A stretch of DNA of 64,000 bases, taken from NCBI RefSeq assembly GCF_009914755.1, contig NC_060934.1; one strand, written 5' to 3'. This DNA is from the human T2T-CHM13v2.0 reference genome, Homo sapiens. The translations under genes and the position numbers were made by a program. Under the pieces are notes generated by a model. The model was not told the origin of the DNA and did not search any database. It saw only the letters and a list, made by a program, of their open reading frames with translations. Shown piece by piece: positions 11,207 to 24,080 of the stretch (position 1 is the stretch's first letter; every line of letters begins with the position of its first letter).

Positions 11207-14200
11207 TATCAGAGTTTCCTTATGCACTCATTGATTGATGGGCATTTGGGTTGGTTCCACGATTTTGATATTGTGAACTGTGCTGCTATAAACGTGTGTG
11301 AAAGTATCTTTTTTGAATAATGACTTATTTTCCTCTGGTAGATACCCAATAGTGGGATTGCTGGATCAAATGGTAGCTCTACTTTTAGTTCTTTAAGAAA
11401 TTTCCACAGTGTTTTCCATAGTGGCTGTACTAATTTACATTCCCACCAGCAGTGTAGGAGCATTCCCTCATCACCACATCCACGCCAACATCTACTGTTT
11501 TTTGATTTTTTGGTTATGGCCATTCTTGCAGGAGTAAGGTGGTGTCACATTGTGGTTTTGGTTTGCATTTCCCTGATCACTAGTGATGTTGAGCATTTTT
11601 TCGTATGTTTGTTGGCCATTTGTGTATCTTCTTTTGAGAACTGTCTATTCATGTCCTTAGCCCACTTTTTGATGGCATTGTTTGTTTATTTCTTACTGAT
11701 TTGTTTGAGTTCGCTGTAGATTCTGGATATTAGTCCTCTGTCAGATGTATAGATTGTGAAGGTTTTCTCCTACTCTGTGCATTGTCTGTTTCTCTGCTGA
11801 CTGTTCCTTTTGCCATGCAAAAGCTCTTTAGGTTAATTAAGTCCCAGCTATTTATCTTTGTTTTTATTGCATTTGCTTTTGGGTTCTTTGTCATGAAATC
11901 CTTGCCTAAGCCAGTGTCCAGAAGGGTTTTTCCAATATTATCTTCTAGAATTTTCATAGTTTCAGGTCTTAGGTTTAAGTCCTAAATTTTTGTTTTTATG
12001 AAGTGCATGTGTATTTGAAGTGTTCAAACACTTAACAGTATCTCACTTCACTTAGCAGTATCTCAATCATATCTTTGGGTTATCAAATATTTTTCTAAAA
12101 TATGATTTTAACATATGTGGATATGTCATAATTCCACAGCTGATATATATTTAAGCTTTAATTTTTGTCATTATGAGTTGAATTTTGTGAACAAATTCAT
12201 ACATCTTTGGGCATGTCTCTGATTTTTTTCCTTAAGACAGATTCTTAGGAGGGGAATTTTTGTGTCAAAGACTATGATCATTTTTAAGATTACTGTCTAG
12301 AAAATGTGTCCCCAAATCTACTCCACCTGGAAGTATGGCCAACCTTCCTCTATGTGGAGTATTCAATTATTTTTTAAATATTGTATTTGCCTTTATTGTG
12401 AATGAAATATTATATTTTATTGTTTTAACTTGCATTCCATGCTAGTAAAGCAAGTGTAACTCTCAATGTCCAATCACAGATGTAAAGAACAATCTTGTTT
12501 CTCTCTTTCTGGACAATTCCAAGCCCCTATCCCTTCCTTGGACCTTTTCTGTGGTCTTTTTTCTGGGATCTTTTATGGAGACTTTCTAGGCTCAGTGACC
12601 ACTGGCCCTGGCTACTGCTGAGACCCTGTGGCTCTGGTCTGCAGACCAGAAACTATAAAAATGGGCCCTTCAGGTTTGCAGTCTTTGATGTTCCCATTCC
12701 CTCCTTGGCCATAAGGCCCTCCCACCCCTAACTGCAGCACCCACCGCCTGGAGTCACAGGTGCAGCCCCAGCCCCTGGCAGCCCTCCCGGGCTCTGCAAG
12801 GCCCCAGCCCCATCTGAATCTCAGATGTTCTCCCTGGCCACCCCAGGACACCAGTATCCTCCATTCAGGGCACTGGGCTTTTAAGGGAGGGCCTGCCTCT
12901 GGGCTCTTCTCACTTCCAGAGAGGGCAAAACGAAAACAACATACATTCAGCAACTCAGAAATCACCTTGCTGCACAGCCAGTCTCCTGGGTTCACAGGTT
13001 TTTCCTCCTGTGTGTCTCCCTGTTCTCCTGCTCTTTCATGATTGATAAGAGCTCTTTGTACAGGAAGGACAGTGGTCCTCCAGTTGTAGTGTGTGTGGCA
13101 GCGGTTCCCCGAGGGAGGCGTTATTTGCTCTTGAACTTTGCCTGCGAGCTGTGCCTGTGCATTGCTTTGCTTTTTAATTTTAAAGCGAGTTGAAGCCTCC
13201 TGTGTTTGTTTGCTTTCACTGTGCTTTCCTGATTGGAAAGTCTTTTCCACCCCCCCATTCAGCATCTTATGGTTTCTTTGCTAACACTGGAACTCAATTG
13301 CTCTGGAAGGCACTTGGGGGTTAGGGGTGGGGGATCCCATTTTCTCACTAGGTAGGGTGTGCCCCCGGCACCCCTAGGAAAGTCCCTCCAGCCCTCTGCA
13401 TTTGCTGGATTGCACAGGAGGCCCAGGGTCTCCTGAGGGGGAGGAGATGAGGAGGATGCGGAGAGGTACCAAGGGGTCCCCCACCTTGCACCCTGCGAAG
13501 TCCCCCTTTCTCCCTGTGGAAGGGAAGATAAGCCTCACCTAGGCGCTGACCATGGGTGACCCCTTACTCTGCAGGTGGGTGAGACCCTTGGAGAGGCCTC
13601 CTGCTAGTGCTCAGCAGGGTTCCCAGACAAAAGGAATTGTCACCCTTTGGGTGGTGGCTCCATGGCACTGCAGGACCCTGGAGAGCCCCTCGGCTCCGGC
13701 CCAGGGGCAGAGAGCTCCATCCAGCCTCTGTTTCCCACCTGGGCCTTCACCTCAACTGTGCTCGAGGCAGGCAGGGTGGGGGTTGGGTGGGAAGGAGGCA
13801 GAGAGAGACTCTGGAGCTGGGTGCCTGTGAAGAGGGAGGCCATCCTTCTGAAGATGTCATCGGGGTCTGAAGGCACATTGGAAGGTGCACTCAGTCACCG
13901 AAATTAGACGAGGGACAATTGCGCAGACAAGGAGCCTTCACCCCTGTTAGTCGGGGACACAGCTCGGCCCACGCCCCACCTCCACATCTCCTCCCCATCC
14001 TGCTGTGGCAGAGCCTGCCCTCCAGCCCTCTGCAGCCCCGACCCCAGTCCGGCCCTCAGCTCCCAGCCCCGCAGCTGCAGAGGCTTCCTGGGGAGGGGCA
14101 GCTCCTGGTCCACCCCATAGCAGAGGTCAGGCAGCTATCTTGCGTCTGGCATCTGCATAGGACTAAGAGATCCATCAAGTCCAATTAGGGGAACAGCTCC

Positions 14201-15023
14201 TTCCTGCTCTGCTTAGCTGACTAATTCAATAGCAGCCACCCAGGCCTGGGCCGGCAGAGGCTCTCCCAAATCCAATGAAGGCCTTGCTCTGCAGCCCGGC
14301 TGCCAGCATCACCCAGGCATTTTGCTCACTCAGCACAGACCCAAGTCAGGCCCCAGCCATACCCACCACCAGGAGCTCCCAGAGCCGTGCTGCTGGCACC
14401 AGGCCTCCCCCAGCAAGCTCCCTTCCTCAGGGCTTCTGCCCTAGAGGGAAGGAAACTTGTGGCCATTGAGGGGTAGGGGAAGTGCCACAGCCCGTCCAGG
14501 CCTGTCATCCCAAAGGAAGGCCCACAGCTGCTTTCCAGGTCTTGTAGAAGCTCGTTCCTTCCCCGGGGTGCTCTTGCTCTGAACAATGCCCCAGGGCAGG
14601 TGGAGGGGCAGATGGAAATCAGCCACGGGGCTTTTGCAGGCAAGAGTGCAGGAGGGACTCTGCATGCCTGGGCTCAGGCCTCAGCAGAGCCTGTTGAGGG
14701 AAGGGATGGAAAAGAGTAGCTATATGGCCTCCCTCATGGGGTCCCAGCCCACAGCTGTGTCCCAAACATCCTGTGTGTCCCTCAACACCCAGCCTGGATG
14801 GGTTCCTTAACTGAGCTCAAGTCTTAGACCCGTAGAGGCCTGGCACCTCCAGGTTCACTCAAAGGGATTACAGAGACCAAGCCCAAACCTACCCATCCAA
14901 TGCTGGGATGTGAGGCCCTGCCAAGGGGCTTAAGTCCAGCTGCGACAGGAGGCTCAGAGACATGAGCCAATTATGACTTATTAAGGACAAGGCGTTGTAA
15001 TTTTTTTTAACTGCTTGATACAC

Positions 15024-15262
15024 GTGATCAAGGCTTACTTCAGCCTCTATCTCCTGGGCTCAAGTGATCCTCCCACATCAGTCTCCCCAGTAGCTGGGAC
15101 CACAGGCGTGCACCACCACGCCTGGCTAATTTTTTTATTTTTTGTAGAGACAGGGTCTCACTATGTTGCTGAAGCTAGTCTCGAACTCCTGGCCTCAAAC
15201 AATCCTTCTGTCTCAGCCTCACAAGGTGCTGGGATTATAGACATGAGACACCAGGCCTGGCC
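15024..15262 (-). mobile_element. AluJ lacking its 3' about 50 nt
   Basis: ctcctgggctcaagtgatcctccc...gtagagacagggtctcactatgttg...cctggcc. Confidence 0.92.
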
Positions 15263-15569
15263 AATACCCATTTTATAGATCATTTGAGTGAGGGTGTTTT
15301 CCCTGTAACTCACTCAGTCCCACTGAATTTCCGAGGCACATTCTGGAAAGAAGGCATGGCATCACTGGTAGGGGTCTGCCCCAGTGCACTAGGACACCAC
15401 TGGGCCACGGTCTCTCTGCTCTTAGCTCACTCACTCCATCACTCTCGAAATGATGTAATATGTACAGACATCTCAGGATAAATAGGTCCATACCTTTGGC
15501 ACCTTCTGTTAAAGCAGTAAGTTGTGTTGTTTATTTATTTTTGCTTTGCCTGCGAGTTGTTTTATTGCT

Positions 15570-17340
15570 GTTGTTGATTAGGTTTTTATTAAAAGTAATA
15601 CCTGCACACCATACATCTCGAACAGTATTAAATTATATGAAATGTGCACAATGAAATGTAAAAGCCTACTCCCAATATTTCCTCTCTCCCAGATAACTGC
15701 TCTTGACCGTTTCTTGTGCATACTCTCAGAAAAACACTTATGCAAATTCAGCATGTGCGCAAACAGCGTGATGCTGCCCATGCTTCTGAGGCATGCTGTG
15801 TCTGTGACGCCTTTTTTTAGGTGTAATGGAATGGATGCCCACGTGTGGATGTGTGTGTGGGCCATGGCTGACCAGTGCCCTGCTGTTGGCCCCTGCAGAC
15901 AACGCTCCAGGAAATTTTACTTGTTCAAATTTTACTTGGAAAATTCTGCAAGTGTGTTCTTAGGATAAATTTCTGGTAGTACAACCCAAAACAATGAGCT
16001 AAAAACAACCTGGGCCAAAACATCTGTGCAAGGAAATTTTTAAACGGATCTTGTCAAATTGTTTTCAAAAAGATTTCCACATCTTTCAACAGGGTATGAT
16101 GTTATCACCACTTTCCAATGAAAAAAGAATGTCATTCTATTTTGTGTTTATTTAGTTATGAGTGAAGTCAAGTACTCTTTTTTACATTTTTGTCCATTTC
16201 TCCATTAGGGTACCTTTTCTTATTGGTGCCTGAGAGCACTTAGTCCGTTTAGGAAATAGGGCCCTTAGCTGTCATATGTGCTGCAAATATTTCCCCCCAA
16301 TTTATTTGTTTGTTTATTTTATCATACCAAAGTCTTACAGTGTGTAAACAAACGTATTGATCATTTTAAAATTCATTTGGTTTGGGTTGCTCAGAAAGGT
16401 CTTTATTTTTTTAAAAAATCATGTTTACTTCCAGTAATTTTATGGCTTAATACTTTAGTCTGGAATTGATTTGGCATCAAATAACTTTATCAAAAGTAGC
16501 CTTATTTTTTCCTTGTGGGGGGTCTCGAGTCACGTCATTATTTATCGAATGGTCCCTCATTGTTCCCATTAGTCTAAGGCCACCCCATTGCCTGTGAAAT
16601 TTCCATTGTGACATCTATATTTGGACTCTGCCTTGTAAATTTCTTATGCAATATCAAACCGTCTTAACTGTGGTTGTATAACACAGTCCATTTCACTATC
16701 GCTGTGCCAGCCTTTTAACGTCCTCCTGTAGCAGTTCTGAGTTGTCTTCATGTAGATTCCACACACTTGTTAAGATTACTTCTATATATTTTTATTTTAT
16801 GTATTGCTTTTGTGAATGTAATCTTTTATTCCATTACCTCTTTATTTAGTCATGGTTTATGCATGGGAAAGCCCTCGATCTTTGCATGTTATTTTTGTTA
16901 GTAGCAACTCTGCAGAATGCTCTTATTTTCAGCCAAGTCTTTGGGTTTCATTGGCCAGCCCTGTACCTGTGTGTGACTCCATCTTCCCTTCCTCTCTTCT
17001 CCTGTGTCCCTGTCTCCAAGACATCAGCAGCTCACGATCAGACTCCTGCCATGCTCCCTGGCTGTGGGGGCTGCAGCCTTTGGGCTGATGTCCGCTTGTA
17101 CGCACCTCCCTCTTCTCTGTCTCATCAGGGTTAATGGCTACTGAACTGCCAAACACCTTTGCAACGTTTGTTAAACTTTACGTTTTTTATTCTTCAGGGG
17201 TTAATTTTAGTCATTTACATAGCTCTAGAAAATCATCATTTTTACCTAAGTATCCAAATTTTCTGTCCAGCAGTTTGCAAAGCAGGCCCTGATGCATCTT
17301 TTCCATTTCTTTGCCTCTGTGGTTCTTTCTCCTTACTCAT
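15570..17340 (-). mobile_element. Degraded L1ME-type fragments
   Basis: T-rich + strand with antisense L1 motifs (taggataaatttctggtagt, tgcaaatatttcccccc, gtattgcttttgtgaatg). Confidence 0.55.
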
Positions 17341-20300
17341 TTCTGCTTTTCTCTCACTCCCCACTGCCACTCCGCTTTTCTTACTCCATGGTAGGAGTGC
17401 CCATCTCTTTGTTGGAAGGCAACAGTCACTCTCCTGTCTGGCTCTGTCCCCCAGGAGGGCTGCTGGGGGTCTGTGCCTGTCTGGTGTTGTCAGACTCCAG
17501 CGCGGTGCCATTCAGGCTTGGGAGCCCAGTGGTTTCTCTGCTGATGAAGGGGCCCGTGGCCGTGGTGGGTGCTGGCTCATTCTTCATCCCCAGGAGCAGG
17601 GATGCTAGAATGGCCTCAGTTTGGGGAAGGAGCTGGGGGTACTCCTGGCAGGGGATGTGCTGAGGAACATCTTACCGTCCACTTGGATCCTGGGGGACAA
17701 GAGTTGGGTGGCAGTTGGAGACCCCTGGGCCCATGAGGGTGGGGATGACCAGCATACTCTGGCAGGCAGTGTGTGGGTCCTCTGAAGCAGCTCCCCCAAA
17801 AACCTAGTGGCATATGCCCCTGTTACAGCCCTGAGGATAAGGTGGGGAGGCTGGCTGGGGACATGGAAGTTGGTGCTGACTAACGAGAGGCCAGTCCCTG
17901 GCCCTGTGGCCTGAACTCTAGGTGTCTGTGGGGTTCTGTTGGCACAGACACACCACACGTCTATGTTCATGGAGACTTTGTCACTGGCAAAGGCAGGGGC
18001 TTCTCAGCAGGGAGGGGGTAGAGCCAGGCAGGGCAGCAGTGGGAGGGCTAAGGTCCCCCTGGGTCCCTGGGGAAGGGGCTGGAGGCAGCAGCAGGGAGAC
18101 TGGGCTGTTCAGAGGGACCTGGAAAGATATTGGGTCCAGCAGAGCGACTTTGGAGTCCACAAGTGATGTGGAGTTGGGGAGGCCCTCACCCCACCCCAGG
18201 CCTGGACCCCTGAGCTGTCCAAAGCAGCTCCTGGTAGGCTGCGGCTGAAATGGAGGGCCTGAGGTGAGAGAGAGGAGCAGAGGGGCTCAAGCTTGGGGCC
18301 AGTCCACTGGGGCTCCACGAATGACCTGGGAGAGGCTCAGAGCTCGTGAAGGGGCCAGGGTGTCAGGATTGTTCACCCAGAGGCACCCCTGTTCTCATCC
18401 AGGTTACAGAAGAGCCTCAGGTCCAGTGGGAGAGGGGAGAATGCCCTGCACACAGTGCCAGCCCCTCCTTGCTGAGCTCTGCATGCCTGGGTGAGGGGCT
18501 GATGCTGCACCCCCGCTGGGGCTGCCTGCCAGGGCTCTGGACCCTCCCACAGGAGGCCAGGCCTGTGCCCAGTGGCAGGGGAGGGTGTCCTCTCCAGCCA
18601 GGGCTCCAGCCTCCCTCCAGGCTGCTCTAGCTGGCCCCAGGCAATTTGAAAAGCCCCCTGGGATTTCCTGACAGTACAGGCCCAGAGCTGAACTGAGCAC
18701 AGCCCTCAGCCACCAAATGGGCCATCAGTCACCCAACCCTGAGAGCCCACCCCCTCCAGCCTCCCCTGCAGGCAGCATCACCCTGGGAGCCCTGCACTCC
18801 AGAGCCACTTCCTCCCTGAGGCCCTGCACCTCTGACAGCCACCACACCATGCCTGAGCCGACTCAGCCTGGATGAGGTGCAGTCTTCTCCAGGCCTCCCA
18901 GGCCCCACGCTGCAGCCACACAACCTACCGCTCCATCACAGTTACCCTAGGAGGGGGTTGGAAACACCAGGGCTGGCATGTGACAGACTGGCTAGCCCCT
19001 AGGTCCTTTTGAGGTCCAGAGAAGAGACTACAGGGTCAGGAGCAGGAGAGACTCACGCCTAGGGTGAGGGGGTGCTCTGCATCATTTTCCTGGTGCAGAA
19101 ACAGGTTGGAGCATTGCTGAGGACCCTGAGCAGGATTTGAGCCAGGGTGCACCCGCAGGGCAGGACGGAAGATGCCACATGGCTCACCCACCCCTGGGGC
19201 CACATGCAGAGTTACTGTCAAGCCACGTCAGCACCCGCAGGGCCCAGTGTGAGCACAGCAGCGACTCCAAGTGGGTGGGAGCTGGCAAGCCACCTGCTGG
19301 CCAGGGATGCCTGTTCGCCTGTTAGAGGTAGCGATTCTCGTTCAGAGTGGACCACAGCCTGATGACCCCTGCTTTCAAGAAGGACCATCCCATCTTAAAC
19401 AACAGCTCCATGAATACAACCCTCCCTGGGAGTGCAGTGAGGCCATTTTTACCAGGCTGCCTGTAAGGATGGGGTGGAGGATTGGATCTATGGATTAACA
19501 TTCCCTTTGGGGACGCATCGCGGGCAGATGAGAAATTCCCGACAGCTTGATGGTCAGGGTCTCCATTACCCATATATCAAGGAGAGGAAGACGGATTCCC
19601 CACGCCGACTGCCTGCCCAGCCTCCCTGCCGACAGCCACCGCTGAAGGGCGGTTGATGGAGGTTGTGACTGTCCCTGTGACCACCCTCCTGAGGCCCTAA
19701 AGCACAGGAGAACTCCAGGCAGAAACAGATGCGGGGTAATGTAGCCCCCCTCAGCCCCAGCTCCTCTGGGAGGGGCTGTTTTGTAAATCACTGCCAGCCC
19801 CGCTCCTCCTGGCAGGTAAGATTGAGGCAGCAGGGATGTGCCCCGAGAAACAGAGCTGGTGGAGAGGTTTGAGGGGGCATGTGGGTGACTGCCTGTCCCC
19901 ACCAAGGGGCAGGGGCTGCCTTTCTATCTGGGTCGGCAGACAGCCAGGCTGCCCCCAGGGAAGGCAGGGGTGGCGCCTGGGGTGGATGCTGGCATTGGAA
20001 TGCCCAGGTAAAACCCTGACTCCATCCATGTTATTTATCCTCTCTGAGTCTTCACTCTGTCGTCCATGAGACAGGGGTGATTGTATGTGAGGAGGAAACC
20101 CATGTGCCTGAGAACAGCGTGGTGAGGAGCTTGCACATGTGGCACAGAGACGGTGCGCTTGTGATTAGGTGGCCTGAGGGAAGGAGTACTGTGGCTGTGG
20201 GTGTTGGGCTCTGCTCCTCAGAAGACCCCAGAGGGCAGGTGGCTGAGCAGATCTCCAGAGCTGGAGTGCCCAAGTGGATTCTGGGGTCAGGAAAGGAAGT

Positions 20301-20929
20301 GATATGATTGGGGGCCACAGTGGGACACTTGAGCCATGTGTCCAAAGAGCCTCTGCACTCACAGAGCCCTTTATCTTGTGGGGCAGAACACTCCCCCACC
20401 ATGAGGACTCTTCTGCACATTTCAGAGGGCAGGACTGCAAAACCCAGGTTCCACCTCCCTCTCCCATTTTCTGGTACAGCATATGGTAGGTGCTCATTCA
20501 TGCTGAGTGAATAGAGAGCTGGGCAAATGCTCACTGGCACTGAGCTTCACTGAACTTCTCACATGCTACTGTGTATTGAATCTTGTACATCTTGCAGAGC
20601 TTCGTGGTTGACCAAGCACTTGTCATCCTTCACTCTCCTTGCTTGTCCCGTATAGCTGAGGAATGCTGGGCACAGGCAGGCAGGATTGCTGTCGCCGTTG
20701 TACAGAGCACAGGCTGCCCAACTGCAAGGGCCGTAGAGAGCATCCAGGTGCCATGAGCACCAGAGGGGAGTACCTGGCCTCATGGTCAGAGACCAGGTCT
20801 AGTAGAGGAAGGGAGACAGGGATGCTCTCATTCTCAGAGCAGAATCCTTTCTTCACTTAACCTATTTTGTTAGCATTAAAAAAAGAGAAATAGGCTTGGG
20901 CCTTATTTATGCTCCTGGTTTTTTAAAAT

Positions 20930-21960
20930 TGTTTTATTAATATCTACTCTTTAGTACTTCTTTACCTGCTTTTTGCTTTTCAATTTAAATACACTTAAGT
21001 CTTTCTTGTTGTTTAATTAATGTATACATTGAAAGGTGATATGTTTTCCTGTAAATACTGCTTTAGCTACATTCCACAGGTTTTGCTGTAATTTCCTATC
21101 CTACAATGCTGAATGATTTGAAATTTCCATCTTGATTTCAGTCATTTAGGAGGATATTTGTAAATTTCCAAGCATATTTTTATATACGTATTTCTTAATT
21201 GCTTATTTTCAATTTATTACACAGTCAGAGAGTGTGTACTATATGATATCATTTTTTAAAATTTCGTGGGACTTCCTTTCCTTTTACTTCCTGATTTTCC
21301 TAATTTTTTAATCTCATTGAACCATCCATTACTTTTTTTTTTTTTTTTTTTTTTTTCTGAGATGGCATTTCGCTCTGGTCGCCCAGGCTGGAGTGCAATG
21401 GGTGCGATCTTGGCTCACTGCAACCTCTGTCTCCTGGGTTCAAGCAATTCTCCTGCCTCAGCCTCCCGAGTAGCTGGGATTACAGGCGTGTGCCACCACT
21501 CCCAGCTAATTTTGTATTTTTAGTAGAGACGGGGTTTCACCATGTGGTCAGGCTGGTCTCAACTTCAAGTGATCAACCTGCCTCAGCCTCCCAAAGTGCT
21601 GGGATTACAGGCGTGAGCTACTACGCCCAGCCCTGAGCTATCCATTTCTGATAAGAAAATGTTTTAAAGCTTACACTGAGGTGGCAAATTTGTCAGTTTC
21701 TCTTTGCAGCAAGATTATGTTATTAAGTGCGCACAAGTTCATGGTTAGTGAGTCCTACTGGTAAATGCATTGTAGTGTCCCTCTTCATCCTCATGAGTGC
21801 TTCCTGCCTTCATTCTGTGTCCGTTGTTAGTAATCCCATGTCAGCTTTTCTAATGTTTTGGTCTCGTATTTTCTGGGTATGTCTTTTATCCCTTTGCCTT
21901 TTGCTATAATTTGGTTTAGGTGCTTCTGTAATGTCAATTTCATTCATGAGGAATCAAATT
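20930..21960 (-). mobile_element. Old L1 ORF2 fragments flanking an Alu
   Basis: aatactgctttagctacattccacaggttt and tttgtcagtttctctttgcag are antisense motifs of the ORF2 endonuclease region. Confidence 0.55.
21333..21632 (-). mobile_element. AluS (Sq/Sp-like)
   Basis: Poly-T, tttcgctct...gagtgcaatgg, ggtcaggctgg. Imperfect TSD TGAACCATCCATT / TGAGCTATCCATT. Confidence 0.95.
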
Positions 21961-22043
21961 CTGCTCTGTTACAGGGACCCTAGCTGATCCCCAACCCTTA
22001 GGAACAGAGAGCCTAGAAGTATCTATGCTCATGTCCATGTAAT

Positions 22044-22496
22044 ATACACACGTGCCCACACACACCTCACACAGTTCTTACACTCACACATATACACACT
22101 CACATATACACTTACACGCTCACACATGTACACATGACATACATTCATACTCACACATACACACCCACAAACACATATATACTCACACATATACACTTAT
22201 ACCACAACCCACAAAAACACATATACACATGACATGCACTCACACACATACATATTTATGCACACAACATACATTCATACACTTGCACACTCATGTACAC
22301 ATACACACTTATACACTCATGCATATACACATACAATATACACACATATGAACACATATACGCATGACATACATCACACACATGCACACTTATACATACA
22401 ACATACATTCACACATATACACTCACAAATACACACTTATACACACAACACACTCAACTACATATACACTCACATCCATGTATTCACACATACTCA
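22044..22496. repeat. Degenerate (CA)n/(CATA)n simple repeat, about 450 bp
   Basis: Read directly. It accounts for the His/Thr-rich ORFs here. Confidence 0.95.
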
Positions 22497-22629
22497 AAGC
22501 AATTTTAATTTGTAGGAAATCTCAGTTTAAAAATAGCTGCAGTTCCTACCTGGGCATCAGGTAACCTGGAAGAGAGGAAGGAGAGGACTGTAATTAGCGA
22601 AATTCATGATTCGAAAAGAAGCCTTGGCA

Positions 22630-22740
22630 AGGACTGGATTCGAGTCCTTTTGTGACCCTGGCTGGGCGAGACTCATCTCTTGGGAGCCTTTGTTTTCCTC
22701 CCTAAATGGGGATCACCTGAGGGCACCTCCTGCTGTGAAG
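22630..22740 (+). mobile_element. MIR fragment
   Basis: tgtgaccctgg...gagcctttgttttcctccctaaatggggat resembles the MIR core. Confidence 0.55.
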
Positions 22741-22919
22741 CTACCAGACACCCTGAGGGGAAGGGATCCCTGGGCTCCTGTCAGGAGGATGTGAACTGCC
22801 TGGGTGGGGGCAGCATTCCCCCTACTTCTCCCCTCCTGGGTAAGAGGCTGGGTCTCTGGGGCAAGTGGAGTCCTGGCTTATCAGTCAGCCACACCATGAA
22901 CACCCAGTTCTGCCTCCAG

Positions 22920-23360
22920 GTGTCAAATAGGCAATTTAATTAAACAGAAATTCAGCAGCCAGCAACATGACGTCATAGTTCCTGGAAACAGAACTGTAGC
23001 CACAATTCTAGTAGCTCATTCTGTCCTTCAAGAGTTTAAAATTTTTTAATGCCGGAGCTCCATTTGATCACCTTCACGCGGCCCTGGTGGGTCAGGCCCA
23101 CCTGCTCGCTGGCAGCCCCTCCTTGCCTCTCTGTGGTCCCACCAGTAATTAAGCCTTTTAAGAGCTGGGGGAGCTTCAATATCGGTAATTCAATCTCCCC
23201 CTGTTTACTGATCTCTGCCATTAGCCGAGTTGAAAGCAAAATGTTTTAATTAAAAAGATTGGCAATAAGTTGGTGTAATGCCATAATTTGCACAGGGCCC
23301 CTTCTAGAGGATGACTTCGCCCTGCCTCAGTTGCTATGACAACTAATGGACAAGATTGTT
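22920..23360. promoter_or_regulatory. Candidate distal enhancer / conserved non-coding element
   Basis: Non-repetitive AT-rich island in GC-rich DNA. It contains ATGACGTCAT (CRE, 22967-76), TTTAATTAAA (22935-44), TTTTAATTAAAA (23244-55), TGTTTAC (FOX, 23202-08) and GATTGG. Conservation not tested. Confidence 0.5.
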
Positions 23361-24006
23361 CCAGTGTGAGAAGCAGCATGAGGAGGGGACAGGAGTGGGA
23401 AGAGGGGCCTCTGCAGGAGGACAGAGCTGTGAGGTGGAAAGACCAGGCCTCTCCGTGAGCTCCAGGGAGGTCTTGCCTCTTTGTTGCCATCCCTGTGGCT
23501 GGAAGAGTCGTGTCTCTAAGTGCCTGGGCCAAGGTTGTCATGGCCAGTGCCATCTGGGCTCAATGGTCCAGTACAGAGCAGAGGGCGAGACTCAGCAGCC
23601 ATTCACCCTGGAGTGTACTGGGGCCCCGCCTCTGAACAGGGCAGCTGTGCGGCGGGCCAAGGCAGACCCCGGGTAAATGTCAAATAAATGCCCCTCACCT
23701 CCCCTCCCACACAGGGGCCAGGTAAAGGGACGTCCGCATGTCACCTGCCTTTGTGTGCTGACTGTCTGTTGGGACACCCAGGGGCCAAGGTGATGTCCTG
23801 GAGAGGAGCTGGCTCGGGAGGCACTCAGGCTGCAGTCTCCTTCCAGGACTCCCAGGCTAGACAGAGCAGAAGATGGCAACTGCTCTGGGTGCCCCACAGC
23901 TGATATTCACTCACTTCTCTGACCATGGGGCCAGATCCTCCTGAAGAGGTAAGCCCTTTGTGGGAGCGGATAAGGCGAGGCCTTGTGGAAAGGGACCAGG
24001 ACATTC

Positions 24007-24080
24007 CGAGTCTTGATTTCCTCATCTGTGAAACGGGAATGAAAGCATCCTTCTCTCAGAGTCACTCTGAGGACTGACAG
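24007..24080 (+). mobile_element. MIR core fragment
   Basis: tttcctcatctgtgaaacggga. Confidence 0.6.

Larger units (their letters stand above)
10213..11984 (-). mobile_element. L1PB1-like, 5'-truncated, with internal rearrangement
   Basis: ccataagttattggggtac...gtaagttctttagtggtgat is the L1PB1 3'UTR. ORF2 C-terminal remnants are present (RCWRGCG...[14 protein letters not shown] at 11209-11523). Confidence 0.92.
10040..12450 (-). mobile_element. Very old L1ME-like 3' fragment, host of the L1PB1 (pieces at about 10040-10200 and 12000-12450)
   Basis: gaaaatttggaaaacacaaaaag and ttccttaagacagattcttaggaggggaattt are degraded antisense L1ME 3' motifs. Confidence 0.5.

Noticed and set aside
12612-13265. 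217-aa minus-strand ORF
   Set aside because: No recognisable domain, coding-like pattern or supporting exon structure.
22052-22564. His/Thr-rich ORFs
   Set aside because: Translation of the degenerate CA repeat.
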